A stretch of DNA of 38,906 nt from Candidatus Bathyarchaeia archaeon (GCA_038882955.1 JAVZNC010000008.1:1-38906), one strand, 5' to 3'; numbered from the stretch's first letter, positions 28,201-38,007 are shown. Numbers and translations are program-made. The notes: generated from the sequence alone by a model not told the origin.

Positions 28201-29136
28201 TTATGGCGCCTTACTCAATTCAACCTCAAACCTATATTCGCGTCCTCTGCGGAAAACAGCAATTTCCACTTTATCTCCAACTTTTCTGGTGTGAATCCCG
28301 TGAAGTAAATCCTCAATCTTATAAATGCTTTTTTCGCCCATCCTCAAGATGATGTCTCCAGCGGCTATCCCAGCATTTTCAGCTGGGCTGTCTTCTGCCA
28401 CACGCGTCACGAGAACACCATAATCAATTGGTAAATCATAGTACCGCGCAAGTTCGCCAGTAATGCTTAAACCAACTATGCCAAGCCAAGGTCTAGCGGA
28501 AATCCCATTCATAATTATCTCGTTTGTGCATTTCTTGGCTAGGTTTATTGGAATTGCAAAGCCTATTCCCTGCGCAAACGGGATAATAGCCGTGTTTATG
28601 GCAACAACTTTGCCCTCAAGGTCAACAAGTGGTCCGCCGCTGTTTCCAGGGTTTATCGCGGCGTCTGTCTGAACAAGGTTTTCCAAAAGTCCTCTCCGCG
28701 ACTCTATTGTTCGGTTAACGGCGCTAATAACGCCAGAAGTCACTGTTGGTCCGCCAGCTAAGCCGAAGGGATTTCCAATTGCGTAGACTCGCTGTCCAAC
28801 ACGCAGCTTATCGGAATCACCGAGCCCTGCTGCTGGCAAATCCGTGGCGTTAACCTTTACAACAGCCATGTCATGCGCCGCACATGAACCAACAAGTTTT
28901 CCTTCCAAGACTTTGCCATTCCAAAGCGTCACATCAATTTTTTCTGCTCCGCCAACAACATGGTTGTTTGTTAAAACGTAACCTTTAGGGTCTATTATCG
29001 TTCCAGAACCCATCCCCTCAACTGGAACCGCTTGATAAAACATGTGGTGGACGATTCTTATTGTGCTTATGTTCACAACGCTTTTGCTGACCTTCTCCAA
29101 AATGTCGAGAACCTTTTCCTCGTCAAAGGAAGACAA
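28201..29136 (-). CDS. HtrA/trypsin-like serine protease with PDZ, no signal peptide
   Basis: GSG, TNNHVV, QTDAAINPGNSGGPL, PDZ. Confidence 0.93.
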   Translation of the reverse strand: MSSFDEEKVLDILEKVSKSVVNISTIRIVHHMFYQAVPVEGMGSGTIIDPKGYVLTNNHVVGGAEKIDVTLWNGKVLEGKLVGSCAAHDMAVVKVNATDLPAAGLGDSDKLRVGQRVYAIGNPFGLAGGPTVTSGVISAVNRTIESRRGLLENLVQTDAAINPGNSGGPLVDLEGKVVAINTAIIPFAQGIGFAIPINLAKKCTNEIIMNGISARPWLGIVGLSITGELARYYDLPIDYGVLVTRVAEDSPAENAGIAAGDIILRMGEKSIYKIEDLLHGIHTRKVGDKVEIAVFRRGREYRFEVELSKAP

Positions 29137-29266
29137 GCTTTCACCATCCTAAAAGTGTTAGACGCTTTTAACTTAAACTTAACTATTTGGTGCTTTGATG
29201 AAGCGAGCAAAGGCTTTAAGTAAGCTATTCCAGGATGCCCGCCAATGCCCTCCAAGTTTGAGCGTT

Positions 29267-30196
29267 TCACAAGCCTAAAATCAAGAGCCACAAGTTCAAG
29301 TATACGGCTGCTCCTAGGGAAGAAATCAGAATCAGAGAGGCAATAGTTTCTTTATAAAAGTTGTAGCGTTCACTTAGGACAATCATTGAGACGGCAACTG
29401 GGACGCTGTGCATCACCACCAAAGTTGCAACTGACAGTTTTGGCAAATTGAAAAAAGTGGCAATTCCAAGGGCGATTAATGGCAAAAGCACAATGCGTAG
29501 CAAACTCAGCTTTAAGGCAGCAGCAACATTAGCATATTGCCTACCATACAAAAAGACGCCAAGCATGAAAATTGCCACAGTTGCCGTGGTGCTCCCCAAC
29601 ATATGCAACGGAATCGAAAAGTAGTCTGGAATTTTCACATTGGCTAATGAAAAAAGAAAACCGAGCAAAATTGATAGTATGAGCGGGTTTCTCGAAAGCT
29701 TCCCAGCAACAATTTTTAATCCCTTCCACAACGAGCTCTCTTCAAGCCTATACAATTCCAGAACAATAATCGACGTAGAAACGCTGATGATGGATATTGA
29801 TGATGCCGCTAATGTTGCAAGCGCTTCCCCTTCGCTTGGAAACGCAAACATGACGAATGGTATGCCGAAGAATGCTAGGCTTCCAAAAACCGTACTCAAA
29901 ATGAGAAGGTAAAGAGTGCCCTTCGAAAATCGAACAGTGAAATATAGGATAAGATATATGGCAATCACTATGAGTATTGGCGTTATGCCAGCGGCAACAA
30001 AGCGAACATTTTCTTCGTTAAATGTCGTTTCAGCCAAATCCACAAAAAATAGTGCTGGCAAAGCAAAATAGTACACGTAAGCGCTCAGTATGCGCTCATC
30101 TCCAGCCCTTAGAATTCCAATTTTTCTCGATAGGAAACCTAAACCCATCAGAAGAAAGATTGGAATTACTGTGCGTAAGGCGACATCAAACTCCAT
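29267..30196 (-). CDS. AEC (auxin efflux carrier) family transporter
   Basis: About 10 TM; YFALPALFF, FFGIP, NPLI, P.AV. Confidence 0.88.
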   Translation of the reverse strand: MEFDVALRTVIPIFLLMGLGFLSRKIGILRAGDERILSAYVYYFALPALFFVDLAETTFNEENVRFVAAGITPILIVIAIYLILYFTVRFSKGTLYLLILSTVFGSLAFFGIPFVMFAFPSEGEALATLAASSISIISVSTSIIVLELYRLEESSLWKGLKIVAGKLSRNPLILSILLGFLFSLANVKIPDYFSIPLHMLGSTTATVAIFMLGVFLYGRQYANVAAALKLSLLRIVLLPLIALGIATFFNLPKLSVATLVVMHSVPVAVSMIVLSERYNFYKETIASLILISSLGAAVYLNLWLLILGL

Positions 30197-30270
30197 TTTA
30201 TCCCACGGATAGTATCCTAGAAAATTTTTAACCTTTTCTTGACCATGACACTTTTGAGCTTAAGCCTCTT

Positions 30271-32409
30271 TCAAATCTTCGACTTGTACTTTTTCGGGTT
30301 ACTTTTGAATTCTTCTTCGCAGTGTTTAGAGCAGAAGTAGACAGTGCGTCCTTCATACTCAATCTTGCTGTAGGCGGTTTCTGGCTCTATCATCATTCCA
30401 CAAACTGGATCTTTTACTAACTGTTTTTTCTCCATAAATTGCACCCCCTTTGGTTCATATTTTCTTAAAGTTTGGGCATTTAAAGCAACTATAACAGTGC
30501 TTAAAGACATCACTAACGCGCCTATCCACGGAGGCAAAACAACACCAAAATTGTAGAGCAGACCAGCCGCTAATGGTATTGTGGCAACGTTGTAGCCAGC
30601 AGCCCACCAAAGGTTCTGAACCATCTTCGAATACGTCTTCCTCGAAAGTTCTATTACTTTTGGGACGTCTCTCGGGTCGTTCTTTACTAGGATTATGTCT
30701 GCGCTTTCTATGGCTACATCAGTTCCAGCACCTATGGCTATGCCCACATCCGCTGTGACAAGCGCTGGAGCATCGTTTATGCCGTCTCCAACCATAGCCA
30801 CCCTAAAGCCCTTTTCCTTTAGAAACTCTATTTTTTCCGCTTTCTTGTCTGGCAAAACTTGGGCAAAGTAATCGTCTATGCCAAGTTCCTCAGCAACCCA
30901 CCTGGCAACTTCCTGTGAATCACCAGTCAACATGTAAACCCTTATGCCTCTATCTTTAAGCTTCTTTACTGCCTCGTATGATTCCTCTCTTATCTTGTCT
31001 GATAGGGCAAACGCGCCAGCAACTTTGCCATCAACCACCGTGAAAACCACTGTTTTGCCATGCGCCATAAGCTCCTCTATCCGCGTGTCATTGATTTTGA
31101 CATTAATTTCGCCGAGAAGGTTTAGGCTTCCAACATAAACCTCTCTTTTTCCCACTTTGCCGTATGCGCCTTTCCCGGGGATTGCCCTAAAACGTTTTGT
31201 TTGGGGGATTTTTACGCCCTTTTGTTCTGCGTATGCAACTATTGCCTTTGCGATTATATGTTCAGAGTTCAATTCGACGCTTGCTGTTAACTTTAAAAGT
31301 TCCTCTTCTGGAATAAACGCGACTGTATCGCTTACGCCGAAACTGCCAAGCGTTAATGTGCCAGTCTTGTCAAAAACAACAGCGTTAACATCCTTAACCA
31401 TCTCGAAGGCTTTTCTGTCTCTAATTAGTATGCCGCTTTTCGCAGTTATTGATGTGGAAAGGGCGACAACCAAAGGAATAGCCAAACCAAGCGCATGAGG
31501 ACAAGCAATAACCATGACTGTGACTGCATTTTCAAGCGCCAAACTTGGATTTCCAAAAACATACCACACCGCATAAGTGATTATGGCAACTGTTAAAGCA
31601 ACATAAAAAAGCAAGGCTGCAGCCCTATTCGCCAAATCCTGCGTCCTAGACCTACTTTCTTGCGCTTGCCACACCAGCTTTATGACTTGCGCCAAATAAG
31701 TGTCTTCGCCAGTCTTCTCTACAACCACCTTTAAGACGCCTTCACCGTTTATTGCACCGCCTATGACTTTGGAGTTCACTTCCTTATGGACTGGTTTGGA
31801 TTCGCCAGTCAAAAGCGCCTCATTCACATAGGATTCGCCCTCCAGCACTACGCCGTCTGAAGGAATTTTCTCGCCTGGACGAACAAGAACAACATCGCTG
31901 GGCTTAAGTTGCGAAGTTGGAACATCCACTATTTCGCCATTTTTTAGTAGATGGGCGGTTGTCGGCATTATTCTTACAAGCTCTTCAAGAGCCATTGAAG
32001 CGCCAAGGACGCTTTTGGCTTCTATCCAATGTCCAAGGAGCATAACGTCTATTAGCGTGGCGAGTTCCCAGAAAAAGTCCATTCCAAGATGCAAAAACAC
32101 GGTTGCAGCGGAATAGAAGAAAGCCACTGTTATTGCCATGCCGATGAGGGTCATCATTCCTGGAAGCTTAGCCTTAACCTCGTCAACCAAGCCCGTTAGG
32201 AACGGCCATCCGCCATAAACATAGACGACCGCCGACAAAAGCAATAGCACGTAATTCTGGAACGGCACTATGGTGATCTTGTTTCCAAGGATTAATGTTT
32301 GAATCATCTCCGAAAGTAGCAATATTGGAATTGTCAGCATGACTGATACGAGAAGTTTCTTTTTAAACTGTGCCATGTGGTGTGCATGGTGCGCGTGGTG
32401 TCCGCTCAT
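30271..32409 (-). CDS. P1B-type heavy-metal ATPase (CopB-like, CPH motif) with C-terminal YHS domain
   Basis: His-rich N-terminus, TGES, CPHALGLAIP, DKTGTLT, SEH, GDGINDAP, YN, MSLS; tail DPVCGM...YFCS..C. Confidence 0.93.
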   Translation of the reverse strand: MSGHHAHHAHHMAQFKKKLLVSVMLTIPILLLSEMIQTLILGNKITIVPFQNYVLLLLSAVVYVYGGWPFLTGLVDEVKAKLPGMMTLIGMAITVAFFYSAATVFLHLGMDFFWELATLIDVMLLGHWIEAKSVLGASMALEELVRIMPTTAHLLKNGEIVDVPTSQLKPSDVVLVRPGEKIPSDGVVLEGESYVNEALLTGESKPVHKEVNSKVIGGAINGEGVLKVVVEKTGEDTYLAQVIKLVWQAQESRSRTQDLANRAAALLFYVALTVAIITYAVWYVFGNPSLALENAVTVMVIACPHALGLAIPLVVALSTSITAKSGILIRDRKAFEMVKDVNAVVFDKTGTLTLGSFGVSDTVAFIPEEELLKLTASVELNSEHIIAKAIVAYAEQKGVKIPQTKRFRAIPGKGAYGKVGKREVYVGSLNLLGEINVKINDTRIEELMAHGKTVVFTVVDGKVAGAFALSDKIREESYEAVKKLKDRGIRVYMLTGDSQEVARWVAEELGIDDYFAQVLPDKKAEKIEFLKEKGFRVAMVGDGINDAPALVTADVGIAIGAGTDVAIESADIILVKNDPRDVPKVIELSRKTYSKMVQNLWWAAGYNVATIPLAAGLLYNFGVVLPPWIGALVMSLSTVIVALNAQTLRKYEPKGVQFMEKKQLVKDPVCGMMIEPETAYSKIEYEGRTVYFCSKHCEEEFKSNPKKYKSKI

Positions 32410-32502
32410 GTAAACCTCTTCTGTTGCTTGATTCCAGCGGAATACAACATTACATATGTAATAAAAACCTTTCGGAAAATATGAAACAAGATTACGGAGC
32501 CA

Positions 32503-32982
32503 TTAGCCTCCAGGAGCGCCGTGAAATGGCACATTCTTCCAGAGAAGTTCCCACCAGTCATCCTCTGTTATTGTCTCGCCCTTCACGAGAATCTCCAAAA
32601 CCATCTTCAAAAGCGCGTGATGCCGCCTTTCATCCGCCAAAATCGCATCCAACAATAGCTTAACTTTCTCATCCTCAACCTTTGGCAAAATCTCGCTTAT
32701 CTTTTTGATGAGTTCAGCTTCCATCCGAATATGCTTCTCAACAAGCCGCCTATGCTCATCAAGATGCTCCTGCGTTAATGCTTGAGAAATGCTTGTTAAA
32801 AGTTCAACGGCGGCAGCGTACATTTCCGCGTGCTTGACAGAATCAAGCGAAATGCCCTTCAATACGCCTTTAACTGGCGGATTCTTTATTCCAACCAAAG
32901 CGTTGTTTAGGGAATCAACAATTTCATTCTCAACTTCAATCTGCTTTCTCATAAACTTCAATAACTCATCTTTTGATTTCAA
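32503..32982 (-). CDS. ferritin-like di-iron four-helix-bundle protein
   Basis: E..DS.KH and E..DERRHH pairs. Confidence 0.85.
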   Translation of the reverse strand: MKSKDELLKFMRKQIEVENEIVDSLNNALVGIKNPPVKGVLKGISLDSVKHAEMYAAAVELLTSISQALTQEHLDEHRRLVEKHIRMEAELIKKISEILPKVEDEKVKLLLDAILADERRHHALLKMVLEILVKGETITEDDWWELLWKNVPFHGAPGG

Positions 32983-32998
32983 AACTTTTTACACCCTC

Positions 32999-33454
32999 CT
33001 AGATAGAATGTGAAACTGCATGCATAAGCCTTTCGGCAATTTTCCGCCCAAAATCCACACACTGCACAACTCCACTTTTATCAGGAGCATACTTAACCAG
33101 AAGCGGAGGCTCAACCACAACCATGCCAAACCTATTCTTAAGTATCTCCAAAACCAACCGCGGTGCTTCACCACTCCAACCATAAGAGCCAAAGGCAGCC
33201 CCAAGCTTTCCACGCAAATCAACGTTCTTGACAGCAACATCCTCAAAGAAATTCTTAAGGCTGAGCGGCATATCATGATGATAAGTTGGGACACCGAAAA
33301 CCAGAGCATCAAATGAAGAAAGTGCTTCCGGAGGCACATAATAGTTAATTTCAACCTCAACGCCTTGAACGCTTTTAATGCCTTCAGCAACAGCCTTAGC
33401 CATAACCCCCGTATTTCCCGTTCTACTATAATACAAAACAAGTATCTTGGGCAT
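32999..33454 (-). CDS. flavodoxin-domain protein
   Basis: YYSRTGNT..MA, G.PTY, AFGSYGWSGEA; start placed at ATG 33454. Confidence 0.92.
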   Translation of the reverse strand: MPKILVLYYSRTGNTGVMAKAVAEGIKSVQGVEVEINYYVPPEALSSFDALVFGVPTYHHDMPLSLKNFFEDVAVKNVDLRGKLGAAFGSYGWSGEAPRLVLEILKNRFGMVVVEPPLLVKYAPDKSGVVQCVDFGRKIAERLMHAVSHSI

Positions 33455-33531
33455 GTGCTCCACAAGCTCTTCTATAGCCCCAAATATAAATATGAAACTT
33501 TTGCAAAAACACATTCAGGAGGTACGCCAAT

Positions 33532-33729
33532 ACGCCAATCGTTCATGTAAACGTTTGGGAAGGATTTGGCGCGGAAAAAACCAAGATCCTGATACAGAAC
33601 ATAACAAAGGTTTTTGAGGATTTAGGCATACCAAAACATGCTGTTGAAGTTGTAGTTTATGAAATACCAAAGTCGCACTGGGGAATAGGCGGAGAACCAG
33701 CATCCGCAAAGTTTCCAAATCGAAAATAA
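33532..33729 (+). CDS. 4-oxalocrotonate tautomerase family protein with ACG at the start position
   Basis: ACG-PIVHVNVWEGFGAEKTKILIQNITKVFEDLGIPKHAVEVVVYEIPKSHWGIGGEPAS..; AGGAGGT 8 nt upstream; in-frame TGA at 33493 and no upstream canonical start. Confidence 0.85.
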   Translation, partial: TPIVHVNVWEGFGAEKTKILIQNITKVFEDLGIPKHAVEVVVYEIPKSHWGIGGEPASAKFPNRK

Positions 33730-33860
33730 TCGGCTAAAATTTCCCTCCTTTTTATGCTGTTAGAGGTTTGGAACGCGGCTTATACCAGTAGAAATATGAC
33801 TTAAATCGTAATATAGGTTAAATCTTTTAAAGGGTTTAGACTATATCAGAATAGTGGAGT

Positions 33861-34208
33861 TTGGTGTTTGGTATGGTTAAGAGTGGAGAGGAGGAGAAGA
33901 TTCGGCGTATACTGACTGATCCGAAGCTTTCAGCGATTAAGGCTATGCTGGAGAAGGATCATGCGATTGATTGCATTTTCTTGCTTTACATGGAGCGGGG
34001 CAAGTGGAAGGAAGCGAAGGAATTCATGCGCGCTAATGGGTTAACGCTTAGTGACGGCACTTTTAGGGCTAGGATGATTGAGATTGAGGAGCTTGGTTTG
34101 GCTAAGGGCGAGCGTATTGACCCCTTGAAGAAGAAGTACTTGAAAACTGAACTTGGCGAGAAAGTGGCGAAGCTTCTGCTTGAGTTCTTTGACAAGCTTG
34201 AGCGCTAG
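33861..34208 (+). CDS. winged-helix DNA-binding protein
   Basis: LSDGTFRARM.EIEELGL....Y..TELGEKVA..L pattern. Confidence 0.75.
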   Translation: MVFGMVKSGEEEKIRRILTDPKLSAIKAMLEKDHAIDCIFLLYMERGKWKEAKEFMRANGLTLSDGTFRARMIEIEELGLAKGERIDPLKKKYLKTELGEKVAKLLLEFFDKLER

Positions 34209-34408
34209 CGTTCTTGTTTTAATGCTTTAAGGGTTGTGTTGTACACGTTTCGTTTTTGATGTTTTTTAGGGGTTTTTCTAGTTCCTTGTCTTTGGTTTTT
34301 TGTAGATTTGTTTTTCAAATGGTTAATATAGTGTAGTAAGTCGTAAGATTTAAATGTCCTTTCTCCCCTTACATAAACAGCAATCCAAAAAGGAGGGATA
34401 AAAAGGAA

Positions 34409-34816
34409 ATGAAGTTGCTTAGGAGTAGGAAAGCCCTTAGCCCAGTGGTTGCGTCGATTATACTTATTGCGGTGACTGTTGCTGTCAGCTTGGCGGTGGC
34501 AGCGTTCATGGGAGCGATTCCTGGACGCTACATGAATCAGCCTACATTAAGCATTACATCAATGAGTTTCACTGGTAACGGCGCCAGCATCACCATTAAT
34601 GTTACAAATACAGGAACTGCTATCGGGACTGTTTCATACGTAAAGGTGAACGGAAACTCTACGACATTTAGCCCAGCTCCAGCGAACATACAGCCAGGAA
34701 GCACTGTAACAATAACTGTGAATTTTGCATGGACATCTGGTCAAAGATACATGGTTTCACTTTATGCGCAGTCTGGTGAACTTTTAACCGCTAGAGAAGA
34801 ATACGCTCCAAGTTAA
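34409..34816 (+). CDS. archaeal type IV pilin (class III signal peptide)
   Basis: RSRKA|LSPVVASIILIAVTVAVSLAVA, followed by a beta-sandwich with N-glycosylation sequons. Confidence 0.92.
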   Translation: MKLLRSRKALSPVVASIILIAVTVAVSLAVAAFMGAIPGRYMNQPTLSITSMSFTGNGASITINVTNTGTAIGTVSYVKVNGNSTTFSPAPANIQPGSTVTITVNFAWTSGQRYMVSLYAQSGELLTAREEYAPS

Positions 34817-34897
34817 GGGCTGCTTTGAGATTGGGGGTGGGGCTGTTAGCCTTTCCATCATTTCCTCTATTATTTGTGTTTGGAGGTGTAGAACGCT

Positions 34898-35323
34898 ATG
34901 GTGGTTGAGATTAAGGAGTATGGTTCAGCTGAAGAGATAGCTGAAGCTCTTGAGAAAGAGATTTCGGAAACCAAGAGTACTTTGGGCGAGTATCTGCGTA
35001 GGCTTGATGATATTCGAGCTTTAGCCGAAAAGTCAAAGAAGATTCGCGAGGTAGTCTTGAAGTTGGCTGGTAAGAAGGCTGTCGGCGAGAGTCTTGGCGA
35101 AATCACTATTGGCAGCTTGAACATCGTTTTGGATGCTAATCCATTTCACGAGTTGACAGCAATTGAAGAGGTTGTGCGCAGTCATCAGGAGAGGCTTTTG
35201 GTTTTGCAGAAGGCTCGTGAAGCCTTAAAGTGGCTTGACCAGCTTGGCGACACTGAAGGCTTAAAGTATCTTGTTGTTGAGAATGACGGTGTTCCTGAGC
35301 GGATACTCTTTAAGATATCTTAA
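34898..35323 (+). CDS. hypothetical protein (helix-hairpin-helix, coiled coil)
   Basis: GGAGGTG RBS; two long heptad helices separated by a beta hairpin; DGVP tail. Confidence 0.85.
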   Translation: MVVEIKEYGSAEEIAEALEKEISETKSTLGEYLRRLDDIRALAEKSKKIREVVLKLAGKKAVGESLGEITIGSLNIVLDANPFHELTAIEEVVRSHQERLLVLQKAREALKWLDQLGDTEGLKYLVVENDGVPERILFKIS

Positions 35324-35351
35324 AGCGTTTGAAAGGGTTGCGTGGTAGAGC

Positions 35352-36197
35352 ATGGACAGCGATGTTTATTCGTTTGCCTTAAAGAGCGCCTTAGATGAAA
35401 TTAGGAACTTGTGTCCAGACGTGACTGGCGCCTTCGTTTTCAAAGAGGACGGCGAAATTGTTGCTTGTGACGGCGCCTTATCAGATAAGGTTATAGTGCG
35501 CGTTGTGGATGCTTTTGACGGCATTTTCGAGAAGGCAGGCGCCATAGGTGGTGTTAACGCCATAACCATTGATGGCTTGGATGGACGCGTTAGCGTTTCG
35601 CGTGTTAACGATATTTACATGGTTATTGCCACTTCAAAGAAGGCTGACGCTAATTATGTTAACACTGTGACTCGCGTTTTGATTCCGACGGTTCTAAGAT
35701 TGCTCGATAAGATCTGCCCCGCCCCCCTCAAAAGCGAAAAGCCACTAGAAGAGTTTTCGTTGAAGGCTGAGGAGTCGCCGTCAACACTATTAGAAGAGAA
35801 ATCCATAAGCGGGACAGCGGTTGAGGAAGAGGAAAACGTTGAGGCTAAAGAGGTTAAGGGTGGAGAGGTTGGAGTAGAGCTGGGGAGTAAAGCTTTTTCT
35901 GCCGAGCCTCCTGTGAATCAGCTTATTGTTGAAAATATTGGGGGTTTGCTTGTGCCTTCTGACACTGTGCGCGTTGATCCCGCGGTTCTGAAGCAGTGGG
36001 GCGAGCTCTATGAGGGCATTGAAATTAGGGAGGTTGACATTGAAACGTTTGGAGGCAAATCTGTGCGTTGCAAGGTTAAGCCTATCAAGGATTCGAAGTA
36101 TGAGGGGAAAGGCGTTATCCAAGTGCCTGAAAAAGTCCAGTCAAGCCTTGAAATTAAGAAGGGTGAGCTTGTTAGGGTTAAGCCTGTTGTTGAATAG
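35352..36197 (+). CDS. roadblock/LC7-like domain + acidic linker + Cdc48-N-like double-psi beta-barrel
   Basis: L.EIR..CPDV.GAFVF..DGEIVA roadblock start; C-terminus DTVRVD...KVKP...GKGVIQVP......IKKGELVRVKP. Confidence 0.7.
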   Translation: MDSDVYSFALKSALDEIRNLCPDVTGAFVFKEDGEIVACDGALSDKVIVRVVDAFDGIFEKAGAIGGVNAITIDGLDGRVSVSRVNDIYMVIATSKKADANYVNTVTRVLIPTVLRLLDKICPAPLKSEKPLEEFSLKAEESPSTLLEEKSISGTAVEEEENVEAKEVKGGEVGVELGSKAFSAEPPVNQLIVENIGGLLVPSDTVRVDPAVLKQWGELYEGIEIREVDIETFGGKSVRCKVKPIKDSKYEGKGVIQVPEKVQSSLEIKKGELVRVKPVVE

Positions 36198-36216
36198 GTT
36201 AGGGGGCTGATGGTTT

Positions 36217-36609
36217 ATGGTTAGGAAGAAGCGTGATGAAGGGGTTTCGGCTGTTGCTGCGCCTGTGGCTGTCGAGGAAACTGTAGGTGTTGGTGATTTG
36301 CGTTCGGTTTTGGAGGAGGTTAAAGGTTACGTCGGTGTTATTGGGTACATCTTGCGGAATTCTACGTCTGCGGCTATTGACCTTAATGACCCCTCGAAGA
36401 TTATTGATTTTGCAATTCTTTCTTCAGCTGCGCTTGAGGCTGGGGAGGACGTTGCAGAGGTTTTCGGTCTGGGTCGGATTAAGGATGTTGTTGTTGAGGG
36501 CGGCGATGTTAAGGTGCTTTCTTTGACTGTTGGCGATAATGAGATTAGTGTTTTTATGGAGAAAGGTGCCGATTCAAATCGGGTTTTGAAGAAGTTGCTT
36601 TCGGGTTAG
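36217..36609 (+). CDS. roadblock/LC7 domain protein
   Basis: L..VK...GVIGYIL; A.LS.......E.F.LG.IKDVVVEG...KVL......ISVF. Confidence 0.8.
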   Translation: MVRKKRDEGVSAVAAPVAVEETVGVGDLRSVLEEVKGYVGVIGYILRNSTSAAIDLNDPSKIIDFAILSSAALEAGEDVAEVFGLGRIKDVVVEGGDVKVLSLTVGDNEISVFMEKGADSNRVLKKLLSG

Positions 36610-36848
36610 GGGGCTATTTCCCTCTCTCTTTTTATTTTGCCCTCGTGTTTTAGAAGTTTTTGGAAGTTTTCTTCGAGTTTTATTTTTTGGGTTTTTGGGT
36701 CTGTTTTTGCGAGGTTGTATTCTTTTAGGAAGTTTATGATTTGCGCTACCTGTTCTATGGTTAGTTTTGTTTTTTGTTGCATCTCTTTTGGTGTGTGCCA
36801 TTCTCCGTCTGCGAGTATTTCCAGCACCTTTGAGAGTGGTGTTGTCGT
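36606..36848 (-). CDS. small winged-helix protein, probable ACG start
   Basis: GGAGG 8 nt before in-frame ACG (36848) giving M-TTPLSKVLEILADGEWH...IINFLKEYN; alternative GTG at 36827 has no RBS. Confidence 0.75.
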   Translation of the reverse strand, partial: TTTPLSKVLEILADGEWHTPKEMQQKTKLTIEQVAQIINFLKEYNLAKTDPKTQKIKLEENFQKLLKHEGKIKREREIAP

Positions 36849-37009
36849 TGATGTATCCTCCGTCGGTGGTATTGTTTTTGTTTTTTGCTTGCTTTTATGG
36901 TTTCTGGGGTTGTTTTTCAGAAGTTTTTTCTAGAGGATTGTTTAGGGATTAGTTTTATTAGTGGTTTTGTATTATTTTATTATTTGCAGAGTTCGTGTTC
37001 GGATTCTGA

Positions 37010-37306
37010 TTGAGTGATGTTGTTATGGTTGAGCGGGGAGGTGGAAGGCGCAGGCGGAGTCGGGTTGAGGTTATAATTGAGATTTTAAGTGAGGCTTTGG
37101 ATGGCGTTAATAAGACTCGGCTTATGTATCGTTGTAATTTGAATTTTGGGAGGTTTAACCGTTATTTGAGGGAGCTTTTAGACGCGGGTTTGCTTGAATG
37201 TGTTGTTTCTAACCCTGATGCGGGTGTTGTTTTGTATAGGACTACGGATAAGGGGCGTGAGTTGCTGAAGATTTTGCGCAGGGTCGGCGAGTTTATGTCC
37301 GTCTAG
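37010..37306 (+). CDS. archaeal winged-helix regulator (RRS..E.I..IL..KT..MY..NL family)
   Basis: RRSRVEVIIEIL...NKTRLMYRCNLNF..F.RYL..L...GLL...Y.TTDKG. Confidence 0.88.
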   Translation: MSDVVMVERGGGRRRRSRVEVIIEILSEALDGVNKTRLMYRCNLNFGRFNRYLRELLDAGLLECVVSNPDAGVVLYRTTDKGRELLKILRRVGEFMSV

Positions 37307-37386
37307 CGTCAATTTTAGGCTGTTTGGGACTGTTAAATTGGATACCCCCTCTAGGTTTTTGCTGTGTGGTTTGAGAAATAGCCTTT

Positions 37387-37812
37387 TTAGTGGATTTTGT
37401 TTATTGCTATTTCGTTTAGTTTTTTGTTTATGCGGATTTCTAGTTCTAGGCTTGTGTCTGTTAGGTTTGTTATGCGTGTGCATTGGATTATTAGCGTCTT
37501 TCGTGGTGGAATTATTATTGTGCCTACGGCTGTTGCTGTTTCTTGTGGCGTTTGTGTTTGAGCTTGCGTTTCTTGTGGGTTTTCTTTTTGGTTTATGATT
37601 AGGGTTTTCCAGTTTTGGTTTAGTTTTATTTGGTTTGTTGCTGGGTTATGTTGTATCATGTCTGCTTGGGCTAGGAATGTGACTATTTGGTTTGCTTTTT
37701 CCTGTGGGATTTCTAGGTTTTTTGCTATGTCTGTTATGTTGTGCCATACGTTGTCGCTTAGTAGGTCTAATAGCTTTTCTAGTTTTGTTGGCAAATTTTG
37801 GCCTTCTGACAT
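37387..37812 (-). CDS. winged-helix protein with C-terminal beta domain (paralog of 36606-36848)
   Basis: LLDLLSDNVWH...IVTFL resembles VLEILADGEWH...IINFL. Confidence 0.8.
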   Translation of the reverse strand: MSEGQNLPTKLEKLLDLLSDNVWHNITDIAKNLEIPQEKANQIVTFLAQADMIQHNPATNQIKLNQNWKTLIINQKENPQETQAQTQTPQETATAVGTIIIPPRKTLIIQCTRITNLTDTSLELEIRINKKLNEIAINKIH

Positions 37813-38007
37813 TTTGTTTTGGCTTTGGTGGGTAGCTTATGCTATGTTTTTGCTGTTTATAAAGGGTTAAGAACTTTTAGGCTAGACTAATGGTCTGGTT
37901 TTAGATATATGCTATTTTTGTTCGGAATTCGAATAAACTTTAAAAATGGATTAATAATGCTAGATTAATTAATGCTAAATTTAATTTGTGGAAGAAGGAG
38001 AAAACCA

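Noticed and set aside
2628-33316. Numerous antisense ORFs inside well-supported genes (e.g. 2628, 6393, 16969, 20340, 20855, 23719, 31157, 33020)
   Set aside because: Shadow frames of conserved genes with no independent evidence.
36637-37870. Hydrophobic Phe/Leu/Cys-rich plus-strand ORFs (36637, 36767, 37338, 37595) as membrane proteins
   Set aside because: Artefacts of extreme G/T skew, antisense to recognisable wHTH genes.
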